A stretch of 28,032 nucleotides of DNA, from assembly GCA_016235455.1 (NCBI GenBank), contig JACRKZ010000149.1, positions 1 through 28,032 of the forward strand. The letters are read 5' to 3'. Under the pieces are notes generated by a model that saw nothing but the letters and a program-made list of their open reading frames with translations, searched no databases and was not told the origin of the DNA. Positions 25,501 through 28,032 of this stretch are shown here, piece after piece; within the stretch, counting starts at the first letter, position 1, and each line of letters begins with the position of its first letter. The DNA comes from Armatimonadota bacterium. Its GTDB lineage: Bacteria > Armatimonadota > UBA10988. The translations under genes and the position numbers were made by a program.

Positions 25501-26012
25501 CGGTCGAGGAACGCCGTGGCGTTGTAACTGGGCACGTAGACCGTGACGGGCCGATCCGGGAAGGCGGCGTCCAGGTCGGCCAGCGTGCGGCGCGACTCGT
25601 TCTGGCCGGGGTCGATACCCAGCGACAGACGGAGCGCCTGCTTGGCGGCATAGGGCAGCCCGGCCTCGGCGTAGAGGTCAGCCATGGCGTTGAGCGCGGT
25701 CGGCTGCTCGGGCGCGCACTCGTGCGCCAGGTGCAGGTAGCCCAGCGCGCGTTCCCAGGCGCCCGCGCCGGCCAGCAGTTGGGCCAGATGCAGGTAGGCG
25801 TCGGGGCGTTCGGGGGCCGAGTCGATCGCGCGCAGCAGGTGGGATCGTGCCTGATGGTCGCGCTCCAGGCGGGCGAGCACCATGGCCGAGGTCAGCAGCC
25901 ATTCGTAATCCGGTCCTGTCTGGTCGGCGGCCCCCTCGACTAGAGTCCAGGCCATCTGCCAGTCGCCGCGATCGGCGGCGTCCAGGACCGCGGTGAGCGT
26001 GTCTTGTATCAT
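22539..26012 (-). CDS. Multidomain fusion: TPR + GT2 glycosyltransferase + B12-binding + radical SAM (HpnJ-like) + short methyltransferase-like tail
   Basis: Start at ATG 26012 (GGAG RBS at 26020-26023). N-terminal TPRs. GT2: VYVPSYN, IIDDGSTD, ARN, DAD, GED. B12-binding: RAGSRWP, LVDAIAEG, CGPHAT, LLGEFE. Radical SAM: SRGCPFQCIFC (motif at 23592-23615), YYDDDTF, FGVETG, TPFPGT. Confidence 0.92.
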   Translation of the reverse strand: MIQDTLTAVLDAADRGDWQMAWTLVEGAADQTGPDYEWLLTSAMVLARLERDHQARSHLLRAIDSAPERPDAYLHLAQLLAGAGAWERALGYLHLAHECAPEQPTALNAMADLYAEAGLPYAAKQALRLSLGIDPGQNESRRTLADLDAAFPDRPVTVYVPSYNATAFLDRVIPAVLEQSYPLTELLIIDDGSTDDSVQMAAKYPVRIVTHGDNRGLAHARNTALLAATTQYLAHIDADVLPDRYWLERCMLNFESERLNHQDGQDTGARLGGVMGRLEELNDATLPDQWRVLHMGQHHGDDHADDVRHLYGCNSVWLREALFGVGGHDPLYRTNGEDCDASERVRTKGYRLAYEPAARCRHLRRDTLESVLRTIWRYHTPYFEYRYGVFDTGKPADVIKKLPENMTRHQDDWHIDQERRSWHLVYLTFLGLPWRMLSDLRLATSKAQGDDARCLGDTHAAVYLGLFTLLDGAGAPEDLQAMIHEDLAPCRPLDPALAEYCNWENTRRAATTNLNGADHPGTALMARDEEAVLADLAAVDNVYAAMDATTWSMVRASAYRLRDEASNAAKVRPGGPRVAIVNAPWAEGDRIGVRAGSRWPFTQEAHGQRVPCYVPFPFFLATASAMLRERGFEVLLVDAIAEGLYSDEFMRRLEGWEPDLVLMETATASHEIDQDWALRLKERLGDSTQLLFCGPHATAIADDLMAEAPQVDGILLGEFEPTLVELCERLRDGQDPEGILGLLWRDDDGTVHAVHERRPLPPMSEFPWPDRTTLPMYNYFDSFAGAMPWPNVQMHASRGCPFQCIFCVWPQVVYNSHSYRTRDNEEIVAEMAFLLDRYGFKAIYYDDDTFNIQDNRIIDLCNRIEAAHFGVPITAMGRADTSSREAFEAMKRAGLVGIKFGVETGDVEMMQRIKKNLDLDKVAQAVRWCKELGLGVHLTFSFGGPGETYESARRTMDLALELDPDTVQFSLMTPFPGTSMYADAVRDGTLLTTDWKQFDGARYTVVKGQYLSKDELESVLLEAHWRWALHTTCRQARQQIGRDVPTTYVADAAELDQLPPESVDLLVLSTPVNRVLAEGWMDQLPARLAPGGRLVLGRTGPESLPQGWDDELLLGWAKENGLQAECSMQGFNHELFVSLAKSMAPSLAKLLARIKGN

Positions 26013-26156
26013 GCACGTGCTCCAGGTCCGTTCGAGAGGAGTCTCGGCTAAGCGCGGTTGTCGCGCCATAGCCAAACCTGGCTACGCGGGGTGGTCTGGG
26101 GAGCCGCGTGTCACACGCGGTTCATCTGGGCCCAGGCCCGCCCTGGGACGGGGCCC

Positions 26157-26194
26157 AAAACGAACAGCGGCCCCGCCCGAGGGCGGGGCCGCTG
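26157..26194 (-). terminator. Rho-independent terminator downstream of the lipoprotein gene
   Basis: Perfect 13-bp stem CAGCGGCCCCGCC/GGCGGGGCCGCTG with a 4-nt loop, followed by TTCGTTTT on the minus strand. Confidence 0.85.
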
Positions 26195-26219
26195 CTCAGT
26201 CACTTACGTGACGGCAGGA

Positions 26220-26501
26220 TTACTTCTTGTCGGCGGGGGCCGGCTTGGCATCCTTGGCGTCGGGGGCCGGCTTGGCGTCCTTGGCGTCGGCCGCGGGCTT
26301 GGCGTCCTTGGCATCGGGGGCCTTGGCGTCGGGGGCCGGGGTCGTCGGGGCCGGCGGCGGCGGCGGGGTCATCGAGCCCGAGCCACTACCACTCATCGGC
26401 GCCGGCGGGGCGACTTCTTCGGCCTTGGGGGCGCAACCAGCCAGGCTCAGGGCCACGGCGCAGACGACGGAGGCGGTAAACAGAACAAACAGCTTGCGCA
26501 T
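26220..26501 (-). CDS. Small Pro/Ala-rich lipoprotein with DAKDAKPA repeats
   Basis: Signal peptide II with lipobox LAGC, AAGGAG RBS at 26508-26513, a low-complexity mature region and its own terminator. Confidence 0.85.
   Translation of the reverse strand: MRKLFVLFTASVVCAVALSLAGCAPKAEEVAPPAPMSGSGSGSMTPPPPPAPTTPAPDAKAPDAKDAKPAADAKDAKPAPDAKDAKPAPADKK
26235..26330. repeat. Coding tandem repeat: three 27-bp units plus a partial unit
   Basis: Units at 26235-26261, 26262-26288 and 26289-26315 (consensus gggggccggcttggcgtccttggcgtc) encode DAKDAKPA(P/A). Confidence 0.85.
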
Positions 26502-26576
26502 TGTGCGCTCCTTCTCACAGTGTTAGGCACCGTCCCGGACTGGCCTTGACGGCCCCCTTCCGGCGCTCTCTTGAGG

Positions 26577-26582
26577 ACTATA
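26577..26582 (-). promoter_or_regulatory. -10 element TATAGT for the lipoprotein gene
   Basis: Near-consensus -10 about 75 nt upstream of the ATG, with an A-rich tract further upstream. No clear -35. Confidence 0.4.
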
Positions 26583-26655
26583 CGCGGGGGCTCGCCTTTT
26601 GCGCCGCGAATTTCCCAACTTTCTTTTTGGGCGTGGGCGGCGGGCCGGATCCGGC

Positions 26656-27672
26656 TCAGGGGGCGAGCAGGTTCATGGCCGCCTCGACCACGATGTTGGA
26701 GTCGATGAAGATCGAGTCGGCGGGGCCGCCTCGGCTCTGGCAGTTGGCCTCGGAGCGCAGGCTGTGGTCGACCAGGCGGCCCTGCTCGGGGGCCAGGTTG
26801 TAGGCGCCCGTGAGGCGGTGGGTCAGCGACTGCACCTTGAGGTCCAGCGGGCCGCTGCCCGGCACCGTCAGGCGGATCGGCTCGTCCTGCAGCGTGGTGG
26901 CGCCGTCGAAGCTGATCTTGACCGTCTCGAACGGGCCGACCGTCTGGCGGTTGGCCAGGGCGAACAGCACGTCGAGGCGGTAGGTCTTGGCGCCGACTCC
27001 CGGCAGCGGCACCGCGCGCGGCTGTTCCCATTCCTGGCCGAGCTCCAGGCTGCGGCCGGGCAGTTCGGGCAGCGGCTGGCCGAAGGGCTGGAAATAGGCG
27101 GCCAGCTGGCCGAAGCTGGGCAGCGTGGCCAGGTGCTTGACCCATGGCGCGCCGGTCTTGGCGGTGGTCAGGCCGGCGGGCGTGATGGTCACCTGGCAGG
27201 GCTGCAGCAGGCCCATGGGATCCCAACCGCCGAAGGCTTCCAGCAGGTCGGCCGGCGTGGGCTTGCCGGCCTCGGGCGGCGGCAGCTTCCATTGCGCGTC
27301 GCCGCGCTTGATCAGCACGCCGTCGGGCAGCCGCTCGAGCTCGAGCAGGAACTGGCCGGGGATGGACGAGCCGCCCGACAGGAACATGAGCCGGATCTCG
27401 ACCGTCGCCACGCCGTCGTCGGCCATGGCCTTGACTTCGTAGCGCGTGCGGTCGCAGATATCGAGGCCGACGGGCAGTGGCGCGTGGCGGTTCTCGCCGT
27501 TGACCTGCACGGCCAGCTTGCCCAGCGCCGAGGTCTTGGTCTCGTAGGTGAGCACATCGCCCGCCGCGAAACGGTAGCGCAGGGGATAGGTGGTTGGCGC
27601 CGCGCCGGCGACGATTGAGGCCAGGCAGCACGTCAACAGCAAGCAGCCGCGGAGCATGCAGCGTCTCTCCAT
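26656..27672 (-). CDS. Secreted hypothetical beta-rich protein
   Basis: 338 aa with a signal-peptide-like N-terminus (LLLTCCLASIVAGA), then YPLRYRFAAGDVLTY and LELGQEWEQ. Strong codon bias. No family recognised with confidence. Confidence 0.75.
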   Translation of the reverse strand: MERRCMLRGCLLLTCCLASIVAGAAPTTYPLRYRFAAGDVLTYETKTSALGKLAVQVNGENRHAPLPVGLDICDRTRYEVKAMADDGVATVEIRLMFLSGGSSIPGQFLLELERLPDGVLIKRGDAQWKLPPPEAGKPTPADLLEAFGGWDPMGLLQPCQVTITPAGLTTAKTGAPWVKHLATLPSFGQLAAYFQPFGQPLPELPGRSLELGQEWEQPRAVPLPGVGAKTYRLDVLFALANRQTVGPFETVKISFDGATTLQDEPIRLTVPGSGPLDLKVQSLTHRLTGAYNLAPEQGRLVDHSLRSEANCQSRGGPADSIFIDSNIVVEAAMNLLAP

Positions 27673-27679
27673 GGCGCGG

Positions 27680-27688
27680 ATGGTACCA
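27680..27688 (-). promoter_or_regulatory. Extended -10 element (TGGTACCAT), probable leaderless promoter
   Basis: TGnTAnnnT exactly 7 nt before the ATG at 27672, with no Shine-Dalgarno sequence. Confidence 0.55.
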
Positions 27689-27827
27689 CACGCGCGCGCC
27701 AGGTGATCTCTGGCGCGGCCGCCGGTTGGGGGCAGGGCCGAGCAGAGACGCCGTCGGTGCCAGGCTCAGGGAGCCGTGCGCGCTGGCAAAGGCCGAAATA
27801 GGGGAATGCATCGATGGTCGGGAGGGC

Positions 27828-27836
27828 TGGTATGAT
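27828..27836 (+). promoter_or_regulatory. Extended -10 element (TGGTATGAT) upstream of the response regulator
   Basis: Near-consensus TGnTATAAT in the divergent intergenic region. Confidence 0.45.
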
Positions 27837-27996
27837 GGCAACCTGCACCGATGGGATGGTTATCTTCTTACGATTGCTGTCCGAAGTGCAGCGGGAGATC
27901 CGGGGAGGTCGCCGTGAGCAGGTGCGGCGACGCGTCGTACCACATGCACATGGAGCGACAGCCAAGGGGGATCGGCCAGATGGCAGGAATGTGAAG

Positions 27997-28032
27997 ATGG
28001 CGCTGACCAAGGTGGTGCTGGTCGATGATCAC
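27997..28032 (+). CDS. Response regulator receiver N-terminus (NarL/LuxR-like), 3' truncated
   Basis: Translates as MALTKVVLVDDH, the classic receiver beta1-DDH start, with an AGGA RBS at 27985-27988. Only 12 codons are visible. Confidence 0.75.
   Translation, partial: MALTKVVLVDDH

Noticed and set aside
26013-26219. Cobalamin riboswitch upstream of the B12-radical SAM gene
   Set aside because: No B12-box or GCCACTG/GGGAAG core motifs are visible on the minus strand.
26235-26330. CRISPR-like repeat array
   Set aside because: The repeats are contiguous, have no spacers and are in-frame coding repeats. No cas genes are present.
26220-26501. RiPP precursor peptide for the radical SAM cluster
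   Set aside because: It has a classic lipoprotein signal and its own terminator. No RRE domain, peptidase or exporter is visible in the cluster.
26514-26575. Glycine riboswitch-like sequence (GAGAGCGCCGGAAGG) in the lipoprotein leader
   Set aside because: The leader is too short and lacks the downstream CTCTCAGG core.

Overview
GC-rich bacterial DNA (roughly 70% by eye). The gene repertoire (sulfatases, a beta-helix glycan enzyme, a BTAD-STAND regulator, secreted hypothetical proteins) suggests an Armatimonadota- or Planctomycetota-like organism, which is inference only. There are 20 plausible CDS, two cut by the window edges, and no tRNA, rRNA, CRISPR array or transposase was seen. Left to right: a beta-helix (GH141-like) protein; a minus-strand sulfatase/Tat-sulfatase/hypothetical operon; a SARP/BTAD-STAND regulator carrying a degenerate cyclase domain, followed by an NlpC/P60-like protein; URO-D-like, NMT1-PAS-Cys-motif sensor and serine hydrolase genes; a Gp49/RelE toxin and an XRE antitoxin-like gene arranged tail-to-tail, each with its own promoter; two secreted/membrane hypotheticals; a four-gene glyco-modification cluster; a Pro/Ala-rich lipoprotein; a secreted hypothetical; and the start of a response regulator. 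The best candidate for an undescribed system is the cluster at 18391-26012. It combines a TPR-GT2-B12-binding-radical SAM (HpnJ-like) fusion, a catalytically dead copy of the same B12/radical SAM module fused to a glycosyltransferase, a small CgeB-like glycosyltransferase and a GT-C membrane transferase. The convergent toxin-antitoxin pair is the second candidate.
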